The notes under the pieces are model-generated. The model searched no databases. It saw only the letters and a list, made by a program, of their open reading frames with translations, and had not been told where the DNA came from. Made by a program: the position numbers and the translations under genes. From an uncultured archaeon (GTDB lineage: Archaea > Iainarchaeota > Iainarchaeia > Iainarchaeales > CSSED10-239), in NCBI GenBank assembly GCA_964591795.1, contig CAZQEL010000008.1, positions 1 through 30,774 on the forward strand: a DNA stretch of 30,774 nucleotides, read 5' to 3'. Positions 1-8,763 of this stretch are shown piece after piece; position 1 is the stretch's first letter, and each line of letters begins with the position of its first letter.

Positions 1-48
1 AACATTAATTTTTATAGATGGTGGTTATCTTTCTACAATTACAGCACA

Positions 49-966
49 TTATAATTCTTTAATAAAATTATCTAAAGTTTTTGATAATTCCTTTGTAAAT
101 TTATGAAACTTCTTATTAATAGGTTTTAATAATAATCTTTCTTCTTCTCCAATAATATATTTAAAACCTAATTCTTTTCGTACTTTTAGATTATCTTTAT
201 ATTTAGTATATTTATCTAACATAAATTTGGTTTTTTCAATAATACTTTTCTTAAAAGGTTTAATTTTTTTATCTAAGTATTTTAAAATTAAATAAACATC
301 AATAAAATCTCTAGATTTTAATGCTCTTCTGGTTAAAATAGCTCTATTTTTCTCAATTAATATTTCTCTAATATCATATACTTTAATTTTAGGATATTCT
401 AGTAATTCTTGCATATCTTCAAATAGAAATAAAAATTCTTTTTTATTTATACTTTCTAAAAGATTAATTATTTTTTTATTTTTTATTTTATATTTAAATA
501 ATTCAACAAAATTAATTTGTATTTTAATAAAACTTTTTCTATTTGTTACTAATGATTTATACCAAATCTTAAAAGTTGTAAATTTATTATTTGCTCCAAA
601 ACCATAATAAATAGTGTTAGTTTTATTATCACTAAATTCTAAATTTAAATCTTTTGTTATTTTTAATAATATTTTAATAATATCATTTATAATTAAAGAT
701 AAATCTTTTCTAATTCTTTTTTCTGACTTGTTATTGAAATAATCTTGGTTAATATATGTAAAGTCTAAATCTTCTGAAAATCTATAATATCCTAAATAAC
801 ACTTTGTTAAGCAAGTTCCACCCTTAAATACAAAATTATCTTTAAAATATTTATTTTTTATTAATTTAACTAATAGTAAATGTAGTAATATATCTTTTTC
901 TAATAATTCTTTATTTTTAATATCTAATTTATTTGAAATATAATCTATTAACTCTTTTTTAATCAT
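49..966 (-). CDS. AbiEii/AbiGii-family nucleotidyltransferase toxin (type IV TA / abortive infection)
   Basis: 305-aa ORF. N-terminal FKGGTCLTKCYLGYYRFSEDLDFT fits the KGGT...R.S.DLDF signature of DUF1814/AbiEii. 4-bp ATGA overlap with the upstream partner ORF. Confidence 0.8.
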   Translation of the reverse strand: MIKKELIDYISNKLDIKNKELLEKDILLHLLLVKLIKNKYFKDNFVFKGGTCLTKCYLGYYRFSEDLDFTYINQDYFNNKSEKRIRKDLSLIINDIIKILLKITKDLNLEFSDNKTNTIYYGFGANNKFTTFKIWYKSLVTNRKSFIKIQINFVELFKYKIKNKKIINLLESINKKEFLFLFEDMQELLEYPKIKVYDIREILIEKNRAILTRRALKSRDFIDVYLILKYLDKKIKPFKKSIIEKTKFMLDKYTKYKDNLKVRKELGFKYIIGEEERLLLKPINKKFHKFTKELSKTLDNFIKEL

Positions 967-1592
967 ATGTTTTCCTTTATGAACTTATTAGTTGTTTTAC
1001 TATATTTTATAGAATATTTAATTAGTTTGTTTTTATTACATATTGGTAATAAATCATTTATTTTATTTAATATATTTTTATCTTCTAAACCATTATATTT
1101 AGCTAAATAGATTATATCTAATACTGTTTTGTCTATATTTGAATATTTAATATTTTTATTATTAATACCAAAATTAAATAATTTATCTTTTAATTTAATT
1201 ATTTTAACATTATAACCATTAATTTTTAGTATTTTATTTTTATATAATTTATTATTAATTATATAGATTATATTATCATATTCATGTTTAATATTATTTA
1301 TTTTTAAAGAAGTATCTAATGCAAAATACCATTTATCAACTTTTTTTAATTTTAATGCATTTGTTAATAATGTGAATATATCTTTATTAATTGTTTTTTT
1401 AGATCTTTCTTCAATTGAAGGTATGTAAAAAATACATCTAAATATGTTAATTAGGTAATTATTATTTGTTAAGTAGTTTATTGCTTTGTTATAATCCATT
1501 TCAAGTATATTTAGATATTTACTAAGTTCCTCTTTAGTAACCATATTTTTATCTAATAATCTTAATTTTTCTATAACTATATCATACATCAT
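963..1592 (-). CDS. Putative AbiEi-like antitoxin/regulator
   Basis: 209-aa ORF translationally coupled (ATGA overlap) to the AbiEii-like gene. Call rests on position and size; no strong motif recognised. Confidence 0.5.
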   Translation of the reverse strand: MMYDIVIEKLRLLDKNMVTKEELSKYLNILEMDYNKAINYLTNNNYLINIFRCIFYIPSIEERSKKTINKDIFTLLTNALKLKKVDKWYFALDTSLKINNIKHEYDNIIYIINNKLYKNKILKINGYNVKIIKLKDKLFNFGINNKNIKYSNIDKTVLDIIYLAKYNGLEDKNILNKINDLLPICNKNKLIKYSIKYSKTTNKFIKENI

Positions 1593-1676
1593 TTTAAATC
1601 ATATTTACATACATTATATATAATTATAATACAAAACAATTTATATGTTTATCTATTTAAATATTACTAACATACA

Positions 1677-2627
1677 CTACAACCTAATCTCCTTTTCTAA
1701 CCACTCAATATGTTCATTCTTTCTCTTCCAGAATAAGTCTTCCCAAATATAATGAAAAGCAAGCTTTTCCCAGTCCTTGTAGTTACTTCTAAAGAAATTA
1801 AGTATTTTCTTATCAGAAACTAGTTTTTTATTAAATAATACTCTTGACATTATCTTTTGTTCCCATGGTGGAATAACATCTAATATATCTAACATTAAAT
1901 AATCAACTGAAGCAGGTCCAATTCCATATATATTTAATAATTCAGTTTTAAGTTCTTCTTTAGGTTTAGTTCTTAGTTCAAATTCATTTATTTGTTTATT
2001 ATAAAACTGTTCAGATACTTTTAAAATAAACTTAGCTCTATAACCCACTTTTAGATATCTTAGTTCTTGTTCAGTTAATTTTGCTATTTTTTTAGGTTCC
2101 CAGAAGGAAAATAATTCTTTATTATCAAATACTAGTTTAGTTCCATATTTTTTAAATAAATTTTCAAACATTTGAACTGTTCTTCTAACAGTTGCATTTT
2201 GAAGAACAATCATAATTATTATACTTTCATAAAGTGAGTTTGTATGAATTAGTTTCATTCCTTTCCATTTTTTAATAATGGGACCTAATATTTTATTATT
2301 TTTAAATTTATTAAATTCAGATATATCTGAATCCATATTACATCTCCATCTAATCTCTAATAATAGATTATTAATATACTCTTTAGATAACTTCTTAGAT
2401 GAATAAATAGTTAATTTAATTAGTGGTTTAATAATAGTTCCTTTATTTACAAATTTAAGACCTAATTTTTGTTTATTCCATACCATTGTTTTATAGTATT
2501 TGTTTTCTGTCCATAATACATCAGAAGAAGGAAAATGTGATGGTTTATGGAAATTAGCATTAAAATTATATGGTTCTTTAGGAATTATATCAATATTAGC
2601 CTTATTATTTAGTTTAATTGTTTTCAT
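1677..2627 (-). CDS. HhH-GPD superfamily DNA glycosylase (AlkA-like)
   Basis: 316-aa ORF with a helix-hairpin-helix element LNIYGIGPASVDYLML near the C-terminus and an AlkA-like N-terminal region. Starts 7 nt after the stop of the upstream ATPase gene. Confidence 0.6.
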   Translation of the reverse strand: MKTIKLNNKANIDIIPKEPYNFNANFHKPSHFPSSDVLWTENKYYKTMVWNKQKLGLKFVNKGTIIKPLIKLTIYSSKKLSKEYINNLLLEIRWRCNMDSDISEFNKFKNNKILGPIIKKWKGMKLIHTNSLYESIIIMIVLQNATVRRTVQMFENLFKKYGTKLVFDNKELFSFWEPKKIAKLTEQELRYLKVGYRAKFILKVSEQFYNKQINEFELRTKPKEELKTELLNIYGIGPASVDYLMLDILDVIPPWEQKIMSRVLFNKKLVSDKKILNFFRSNYKDWEKLAFHYIWEDLFWKRKNEHIEWLEKEIRL

Positions 2628-2634
2628 ATTTTAC

Positions 2635-3957
2635 CTACAGTTTAACTACTTCCCAGCTTCCACCTTTATTAGGACCAATTCTTTTAATTTTACCGTCCTT
2701 TTTAAGTTTTTTAAGATTATATTCTATTCCTCTTCTTGTAAGTCCTATCTTTAAGATTAATTCTTTTGTAGTTATATTTGGGTTATTTTTTATTAATCTT
2801 ATTATTTTCTCCACAGTCTTCTCCATAGTCTTCTCTGAACTAAGTGCTTGTTTTGGTCTATAAAATATAATTGTAAACCAATTCTCAGTAATATCAAATT
2901 TATATTCTAAACCATATTCTTTCATTGAATTTCTTATTCTAGTTATACCTGATCCAATCATTTCTCCTAAGTTTACTCTTTGCATAAGACCAAATAATAA
3001 AGGATTTCTTGAAAGACTTTTCTTTCCAAATTCTTCTTTAGAAATTCCTGAAACTAAGCTTCCTGGGTTTGTAATTTCTACTCTATCATAAAATATATCA
3101 ACTTGTATATGTGCATTTAAAAAATAATTTTTATGTGCAATTGCATTAATTAATGCTTCTCTTATAGATTCTTTTGGTAATTCTAATTTTTCTTTTCTTT
3201 CCTTATCTTTAATTATATAATTTGTATTTAATTTTGAACAAGTATAAATAAAAGCATTATCAAAATTAGAATACAAATCAGTATTAAATTCTTTTTTATC
3301 TAAAATTTCAGTTTTTGTAGTTCCTTGATATAATACACATACAATTGTTGCAGTATAGAAAAATTTAGTGATTTTATTACTAAATAATAAAACACCTGCA
3401 TTTTTTAAATATTTATTATCATATAATGATAGATTTGTTAATATATTGATATAATTAGTAATATTACTTAACCCTGCTTTAGATAAATAGTTTTTAAATT
3501 TAGATTTATTAAAGTCATTTTTTAAATTAAAATTAGTATTTAATTTTTCATCAAAAAAGATAAGTCCTTCTTTTTGAAAAAAGCTTCTTAATGCATCTTT
3601 TTTCATTTTTTGAGATGTTGCACCAATTCTAATATAATATTGTTCAGAATAAGCATATGGTTTTTCTTTTCCTTCAGGAACTGTAATAATAGTAATATTA
3701 TCTATTTCTTTTACATTTAAATTAATTGATGGATCTATTTTTTGCCCAATATCTATTATTTGTGAATGTATTTTGTTTGTTAAAGTGAATTTTTTAATAT
3801 TTTCATTATCATAAACCCCTATTAATATTTTTCCACCTGATGCATTAGCAAAAGCAGATATTTCCTTACCAATATCTGTATATGATTCTTTAAATTCAAG
3901 AGTATATCCTTCTCCTATTTTAATTAAATCTAATAATTCTTGTTTGTTTTCTAACAT
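2635..3957 (-). CDS. Schlafen/AlbA_2-domain DNA-binding ATPase-like protein with C-terminal winged helix
   Basis: 440 aa. AlbA_2 signature EGYTLEFKES...ISAFANASGGKILIGV. HATPase_c_4-like REALINAIAHKNY...DRVEITNPGSL. C-terminal wHTH-like ITTKELILKIGLTRRGIEYNLKKLKKDGKIKRIG. Confidence 0.7.
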   Translation of the reverse strand: MLENKQELLDLIKIGEGYTLEFKESYTDIGKEISAFANASGGKILIGVYDNENIKKFTLTNKIHSQIIDIGQKIDPSINLNVKEIDNITIITVPEGKEKPYAYSEQYYIRIGATSQKMKKDALRSFFQKEGLIFFDEKLNTNFNLKNDFNKSKFKNYLSKAGLSNITNYINILTNLSLYDNKYLKNAGVLLFSNKITKFFYTATIVCVLYQGTTKTEILDKKEFNTDLYSNFDNAFIYTCSKLNTNYIIKDKERKEKLELPKESIREALINAIAHKNYFLNAHIQVDIFYDRVEITNPGSLVSGISKEEFGKKSLSRNPLLFGLMQRVNLGEMIGSGITRIRNSMKEYGLEYKFDITENWFTIIFYRPKQALSSEKTMEKTVEKIIRLIKNNPNITTKELILKIGLTRRGIEYNLKKLKKDGKIKRIGPNKGGSWEVVKL

Positions 3958-4009
3958 GTTTTTTCATATATATTAACAACTTTGATTTATATATGGTTTT
4001 CATAGGGGT

Positions 4010-4088
4010 ACATGGCCAGAAAACTGTCCAACAAATACTATTATTTACTAGATAACATGCCTAATAATTTTTCAAAAATATTAAACTT
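4010..4088. repeat. Copy a of a ~79-bp dispersed direct repeat (partner 8987-9065)
   Basis: Core CAACAAATACTATTATTTACTAGATAACA is identical at 4029-4057 and 9006-9034, and the flanks align at roughly 80 percent. The minus strand encodes ..NIFEKLLGMLSSK* here and ..KIFERILGLLSSK* in the partner. Confidence 0.75.
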
Positions 4089-4229
4089 ATCAATTAAACC
4101 AAGTATACCAAAACTAAAAACAACTATTAGTATTACTAAAAAATAGTGAACAAACACATTTCTAAGTAAAATAAAAGGTCAATCAATAATATTTACCATA
4201 CCAAATAAAATATTTATATGATTTTTCAT
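4041..4229 (-). pseudogene. Small membrane-protein reading frame interrupted by an in-frame TGA
   Basis: Manual translation gives MKNHINILFGMVNIID[TGA at 4179-4181]PFILLRNVFVHYFLVILIVVFSFGILGLIDKFNIFEKLLGMLSSK*, which contains one clear hydrophobic helix. TGA is used as a true stop elsewhere in the window (20068-20070). Confidence 0.3.
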
Positions 4230-4293
4230 TTATACTTAAAATTTTATAAGATTATGTTTAAATACTCTTTCCTTTTTAATATATTAGATAAAT

Positions 4294-5184
4294 ATGAATA
4301 ATCTACAAAATATTACAGAAAGTAATAATATAATCACTAATAAACAACTAAATTTAGATATTACATTAGATTCACAATTAAAAAACAAAGAAATACAAGG
4401 TGAACAATGGTTTAGAGATTTTAAAAATTGGTTGTTAATAGTTTTTAATAATCCTTTAAATTTTAAATATCCTAATTCTTAATTAATATTACTTACAGAA
4501 AATAGTGAAAATATATACAAATATATAGATAATTATCAACAAATACATTTTGGGGTTGGTGTTGGGGAAACAGAACTAGAAGTAACCAAATGGCAATTAG
4601 AAAAAAATAACTATTTAGAAGTATGTGCTATTGATATTAATTATGTTTTCTTAGATTTTTTTAAAGAAAATCTGAAATATAAACATATTGAATATAAAGA
4701 CAGTAATATTTTATTTAAAGGTTATAATGATCTCTTTCAAAATATAAATAAATCAAAAATTATTTTCAATAATTCTAAATTAAAACATAAAGTGATTGTA
4801 TGTATAGGTAGTACTATTGGTAATTTTAAAAATCAAGATGAAATATTTTCTCTATTTTCTAATAATTTAAATAAAGGTGATAAATTACTTCTTGATTTTC
4901 AATTAAATACATATTTAGAACAAACTTTTAAAAAATACAAAATTAATAAATTTTATCCACAATTTGGTGTTTTTTGGGAAAAATTTGATGAAAATAAAAT
5001 TAAGTGGATATTAAATAAAGATAATTTTATAACTTTATATTATAATAACATAGATGTTTTTAGATCTAAAAAATATAGTTTAGAAGAAGTAATTAATTAC
5101 TGTAAAAAACATAATTTAAATTATCTAAATTCCTGGAAAGATAAGTATAACAATTCTTGTATTGCAATATTTGAAAAAAAATAA
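4294..5184 (+). pseudogene. SAM-dependent methyltransferase-like frame (EgtD/Methyltransf_33-like) with an in-frame TAA
   Basis: ORFs 4294-4482 and 4792-5184 are in the same frame, and the only stop between them is TAA at 4480-4482. The open stretch 4483-4791 has no ATG/GTG/TTG. It encodes a glycine-rich GVGVGETE motif followed by VCIGSTIGNF, reminiscent of EgtD-type methyltransferases. Confidence 0.45.
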
Positions 5185-5253
5185 AACTCCCAGTCAGGAC
5201 AGAGCCTTGTAGTATTAAGATAAAATAAACTATATAGTTATTAATGTGATATT

Positions 5254-5448
5254 ATGCAAATAGATTGGAACAAAATAATAGAAAACTCAAAAAAGTTAAT
5301 GAAACAACAAACAGAAATAAACCAATCACCATTATGGTTATTAACAGAAATGGCTGTAAAAAAAGGTGAAAAACTCACTGATAAATACAAAGTTGATCAA
5401 AAACTTAATTTTTTTACTTTTCCTAAATGTATAGAAGAAGCTAAATAA
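5254..5448 (+). CDS. Hypothetical 64-aa protein, possibly a gene fragment
   Basis: Short ORF lying among obvious gene fragments. No reliable motif. Confidence 0.2.
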   Translation: MQIDWNKIIENSKKLMKQQTEINQSPLWLLTEMAVKKGEKLTDKYKVDQKLNFFTFPKCIEEAK

Positions 5449-5491
5449 AATATTAAGATAATTAATAATGTTTTGAGGGAAATGTGATAAT

Positions 5492-5785
5492 ATGAATTTA
5501 AAAATAATTAAAAAGGATAATTTAGATACTAAAATTATAATGAGAACTATTTCACTTATAATATTTTTTGATAAAAATAAAAAAATACTATTACAAGATA
5601 GGACTGGAATCTCTAAATTTGGAGAAGAATGGGGTTATTTTGGTGGTAGTGTTGAAAAAAATGAGACTCCTAAACAAACAATAATTAGAGAAACTAAAGA
5701 AGAATTAGATTTTGATTTAATAAACTTTAATTTTAAATATATTGGAAAGCATGATATTGTATTTTGTAATAAACAATTTTTTTAA
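5492..5785 (+). pseudogene. Truncated NUDIX hydrolase
   Basis: Nudix box GGSVEKNETPKQTIIRETKEELDF is present, but the ORF ends at 97 aa, shortly after the box. The intact paralogue at 24555-24977 is 140 aa. Confidence 0.5.
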
Positions 5786-6160
5786 AATATAGCAATAGAA
5801 AACCAAAAAACAATAGAAATTGCAGGAGATTCTGCAAATGGTGTGATCTATTCAGGACCAGAATTTAATTTACAAACAAATAATACTAAAACATTAAAAT
5901 TTATTACCAAATATAAAAAAAAAAATAATGAAGAACCTAGTAACTGGTCAGCAAATTCTTATGATGCTGTTATGATGGTTATTAATTGTATAGATAATTA
6001 TGGATACAATTCAGAAAATATTAAAAAATGTTTATATAATATAAAAGATTATCCTGGTATTGGAGGTAAAACAACATTTGATGAATATGGTGAAGTAATT
6101 AAACCCACAATTATTAAAACTATAAAAGAAGGAGAATTTGTAAAATTTGAAGAAAATTAA
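5786..6160 (+). pseudogene. C-terminal fragment of a type I periplasmic solute-binding protein (LivK-like)
   Basis: Same frame as the NUDIX fragment and separated from it by one stop. ..NWSANSYDAVMMVINCIDNYG...YPGIGGKTTFDEYGEVIKPTIIKTIKEGEFV resembles only the last ~120 residues of ~400-aa binding proteins. Confidence 0.45.
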
Positions 6161-6282
6161 ACCTTATAATTATTTAGCAATTAAATATATTATTACAATT
6201 AAAAACAATGAAATAATTATTTATCTTGCTAAATTTATTATATAAGTAAATTATTAAAAAAATAACATAATTAATTTAAAAA

Positions 6283-7056
6283 CTATTTTTTCCAATCTCT
6301 ATTATACATTTCTTTAATCCATTTTTTATAAATTTTATCATTATTTGAATAATAATCATTTTCAAAATTAGGATCAAACTTATAAATATCTATTTCTTCA
6401 AATTTATTTTTTTGATTTAATATTTTATCAATTGAACCATTTAAAACATCTTTAGGAACCAACCAATAAGCCTTATCAGCATAAGGTCTATAATTTCTTG
6501 TAAGTTTTGTATTAACTGTACTTACATTTAAAACAAATCCTTTAATCCATGTAGAACCATTTGAAAGATTAGATATATAAGATCTAATAATATTTTTTGA
6601 TTCTCTAAAAGAAATAAAAAAAGGTATTTCATATCTATCAGAAATTGCACCTAACATAAGTAACGATAAATTAATATTTTTACCAATATTTCTTTGTTTT
6701 TTAATTAAATCAATGATTATTTCTAAAGGATATTTAAAAGAGTTAACACAAGTATTATAAACTAAAGAATTAATTGTCGTAATTCCAGTTAGTTTGGGAT
6801 AACTTTTATTTTCAAACACATCACTTCCAATAAAATGTAAAACAGATATATTCGAATATTTAGAAATATCAATATTACTTATAACCTCTTTTGTTAAATC
6901 TCTATTTGTAAGATCACAAATTAATGAAGTTATGTTTTTATTTTCTAAAACCCCTCTTCTTGAAATTGCAATAACATGATCCTCTTTTGAAAAATAATTT
7001 AAATACTCTAAACCAATTTCACTTGTTGCACCTAAAACAAATACTAATCTTTTCAT
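6283..7056 (-). CDS. Short-chain dehydrogenase/reductase-like NAD(P)-binding protein
   Basis: 257 aa. N-terminal Rossmann motif VFVLGATSEIG. GGTGG ribosome-binding site upstream of the ATG. Confidence 0.55.
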   Translation of the reverse strand: MKRLVFVLGATSEIGLEYLNYFSKEDHVIAISRRGVLENKNITSLICDLTNRDLTKEVISNIDISKYSNISVLHFIGSDVFENKSYPKLTGITTINSLVYNTCVNSFKYPLEIIIDLIKKQRNIGKNINLSLLMLGAISDRYEIPFFISFRESKNIIRSYISNLSNGSTWIKGFVLNVSTVNTKLTRNYRPYADKAYWLVPKDVLNGSIDKILNQKNKFEEIDIYKFDPNFENDYYSNNDKIYKKWIKEMYNRDWKK

Positions 7057-7068
7057 AATACCACCTTT

Positions 7069-7088
7069 TTAAGTTATAAATAACTTAA
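7069..7088. promoter_or_regulatory. Perfect 9-2-9 palindrome TTAAGTTAT-AA-ATAACTTAA in the SDR/lrp divergent intergenic region
   Basis: Read directly from the sequence. Lies 13 nt upstream of the SDR start codon. Shares the half-site ATAACTT with the palindrome at 7133-7152. Confidence 0.35.
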
Positions 7089-7132
7089 GTTTTTAGTTAA
7101 TATAAACTATTAGTTAGTATTTTTTACAAAAG

Positions 7133-7152
7133 ATAACTTTTTATAGAGTTAT
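7133..7152. promoter_or_regulatory. Inverted repeat ATAACT-N8-AGTTAT around a TATA-like TTTTATAG just upstream of the lrp-like gene
   Basis: Read directly from the sequence. Lies 10 nt upstream of the 7162 start. Has the same half-site as 7069-7088. Confidence 0.3.
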
Positions 7153-7161
7153 TATTACTAT

Positions 7162-8112
7162 ATGTGTATGGATAGAGTAAATAACCAAATATTACTAGAA
7201 TTAATGAAAAATTCAAGAATTACTAATAAACAACTATCAAAAAAAATAAAAGTATCACGAGAAGTTATTGCATATAGAATAAATAAATTAATTAATGAAA
7301 AAATAATTCTTAATTTCACTACTGAAATTAATTATAAAAAGCTAGGATTTATTGCTGGCTCTATTTATTTAAACATTAAAGAAGATAAACAAGATGAATT
7401 TATCGAATTTTTATTTAATTCAAATTATATATCCTGGGCAGTTGAACTTTCTGGAATATGGAATTTTGGATTTTCAATACTAGGAAAAACTGTTGAAGAA
7501 ATAGATGCAAGATTCAATGAAATGTACTTAAGATTTAAAGATGAAATTTTAAATCATAGATTTACAATACACAAACAAACAAAATATTTTTATGAAAAAT
7601 ATTTTAATGAAAGAATTGATTTAAAAATTAAAAAACATAAAAAAGAAGAAATTATTAAAATAGATAATATAGATAAACTAATTTTAAAAGAACTAGTTAA
7701 AAATTCAAGAATAGAACTTACAAAATTATCTTTAATTACAAAGATAAGCCCTCAAGCAGTAAGTAAAAGAATTAAAAGACTTGAAGATAATAATTATATT
7801 TCTAAATATTATATTTTTATAGACATTTCAAAACTAAATATCTACCAATATGAAATTTTTATAACAAACAACAACAAAACAATTAATGAAAGATTATTTA
7901 ACCATTTAGAATTTAGATTAGATATATCTTATATAGCAGAATACATTGGAGACCCTTATCTTGAATTTGGTTTAATTGTAAAAAGCCCTTATGATGTTAG
8001 AAATAAGTTGCAAGAAATTATAAGTTTATTTAAAAATATAACAATTATTCAGATAGACTTATTTCAAAAAGAATATATAGCAATAAGTCCACCTGCATGT
8101 GTTTTTGAATAA
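7162..8112 (+). CDS. Tandem (duplicated) Lrp/AsnC-family transcriptional regulator
   Basis: 316 aa with two HTH_AsnC-like segments (ILLELMKNSRITNKQLSKKIKVSREVIAYRINKLINEKII and ILKELVKNSRIELTKLSLITKISPQAVSKRIKRLEDNNYI). Each is followed by a RAM-like region. Confidence 0.75.
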   Translation: MCMDRVNNQILLELMKNSRITNKQLSKKIKVSREVIAYRINKLINEKIILNFTTEINYKKLGFIAGSIYLNIKEDKQDEFIEFLFNSNYISWAVELSGIWNFGFSILGKTVEEIDARFNEMYLRFKDEILNHRFTIHKQTKYFYEKYFNERIDLKIKKHKKEEIIKIDNIDKLILKELVKNSRIELTKLSLITKISPQAVSKRIKRLEDNNYISKYYIFIDISKLNIYQYEIFITNNNKTINERLFNHLEFRLDISYIAEYIGDPYLEFGLIVKSPYDVRNKLQEIISLFKNITIIQIDLFQKEYIAISPPACVFE

Positions 8113-8121
8113 TAATTATTA

Positions 8122-8198
8122 ATTCTCAAATCTATCCCAAGGAAAACCAGCCCATTGGTTTATTTTTTCAAAATAAAAATCAGGATAATATTTACAAT
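8122..8198. repeat. Orphan copy of the 3' end of the phosphoribosyltransferase gene (direct repeat with 9091-9167)
   Basis: 75/77 nt identical to 9091-9167. The minus strand translates to CKYYPDFYFEKINQWAGFPWDRFEN*, with no ORF upstream of it. Confidence 0.9.
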
Positions 8199-8214
8199 AA
8201 AATTAAATTAATTA

Positions 8215-8763
8215 TTAGATTGTTTTTTTATCTAATCTAATATCAAGATACATAGGTGTTGTACCTTTTTCTCTTTCTTTTAATATTTTAAACTTAAATT
8301 TTTTATAAAAATGTATAGAATCTTTTTTACGATCCTTATTTCTTTTAGCATCTAATACAAGAAATCTACAACCACATATATCATTAGATATCTTTTTAGC
8401 TGCATTATATGCTATTTCTAATAGAATTGTTCCAAAACCTTGTTTTTGATAATTATCATCTACCGCAAGTCTACCAATTTTTAATGCAGGTAATGTTTTA
8501 TAAAGTATATTTTTACGGTTAAATATTTTTTTAAGTGGGTTAGTTAAATTTAATGAATCATTAAGTAAAGTTACATATCCAACAAATTCATTTTTCTGAA
8601 ATAATAAATAAGTTATTGAAATTCCCTGTTCTTGATTTTTAAAAGCATCTTCAATTAAAAAATCTTTTAAATCTTTTTCATATGTAGTAAAATTAGAAAT
8701 TATAGTTATATCATTTTTTTCAATATGTTTAATAGTAACATATTTTAAATTTATTTTCCCCAT
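8215..8763 (-). CDS. GNAT acetyltransferase, TacT/AtaT-like toxin candidate
   Basis: 182 aa. LPALKIGRLAVDDNYQKQGFGTILLEIAYNAA resembles the GRLAVD...QG.G.G..LL core of GNAT toxins. Overlaps a small upstream ORF by 13 nt. Confidence 0.65.
   Translation of the reverse strand: MGKINLKYVTIKHIEKNDITIISNFTTYEKDLKDFLIEDAFKNQEQGISITYLLFQKNEFVGYVTLLNDSLNLTNPLKKIFNRKNILYKTLPALKIGRLAVDDNYQKQGFGTILLEIAYNAAKKISNDICGCRFLVLDAKRNKDRKKDSIHFYKKFKFKILKEREKGTTPMYLDIRLDKKTI

Noticed and set aside
2-130. Partial plus-strand frame at the window edge (..LIFIDGGYLSTITAHYNSL..), faintly reminiscent of NYN/LabA-like FIDG motifs.
   Set aside because: Only about 40 codons are visible and they overlap the 3' end of the AbiEii gene. 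The frame cannot be evaluated without upstream sequence.
2500-2863. Plus-strand ORFs 2500-2754 and 2618-2863, plus similar track ORFs at 12339-12596, 13736-13999, 16180-16470, 18142-18363, 19704-19979, 23677-24012, 26199-26393 and 29166-29426.
   Set aside because: Each lies antisense inside a well-supported gene. Each has a low-complexity Phe/Leu/Ser/Ile-rich translation typical of shadow frames in AT-rich DNA. None has a ribosome-binding site or recognisable motif.
5210-5494. Similar upstream regions of ORFs 5254 and 5492 (TATTAAGATAA ... AATGTGATAWTATG with identical 48-nt spacing).
   Set aside because: The conserved parts coincide with generic TATA-like and GTGAT ribosome-binding signals, and the interior is unrelated. 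This is probably a shared promoter/RBS consensus rather than a mobile repeat.
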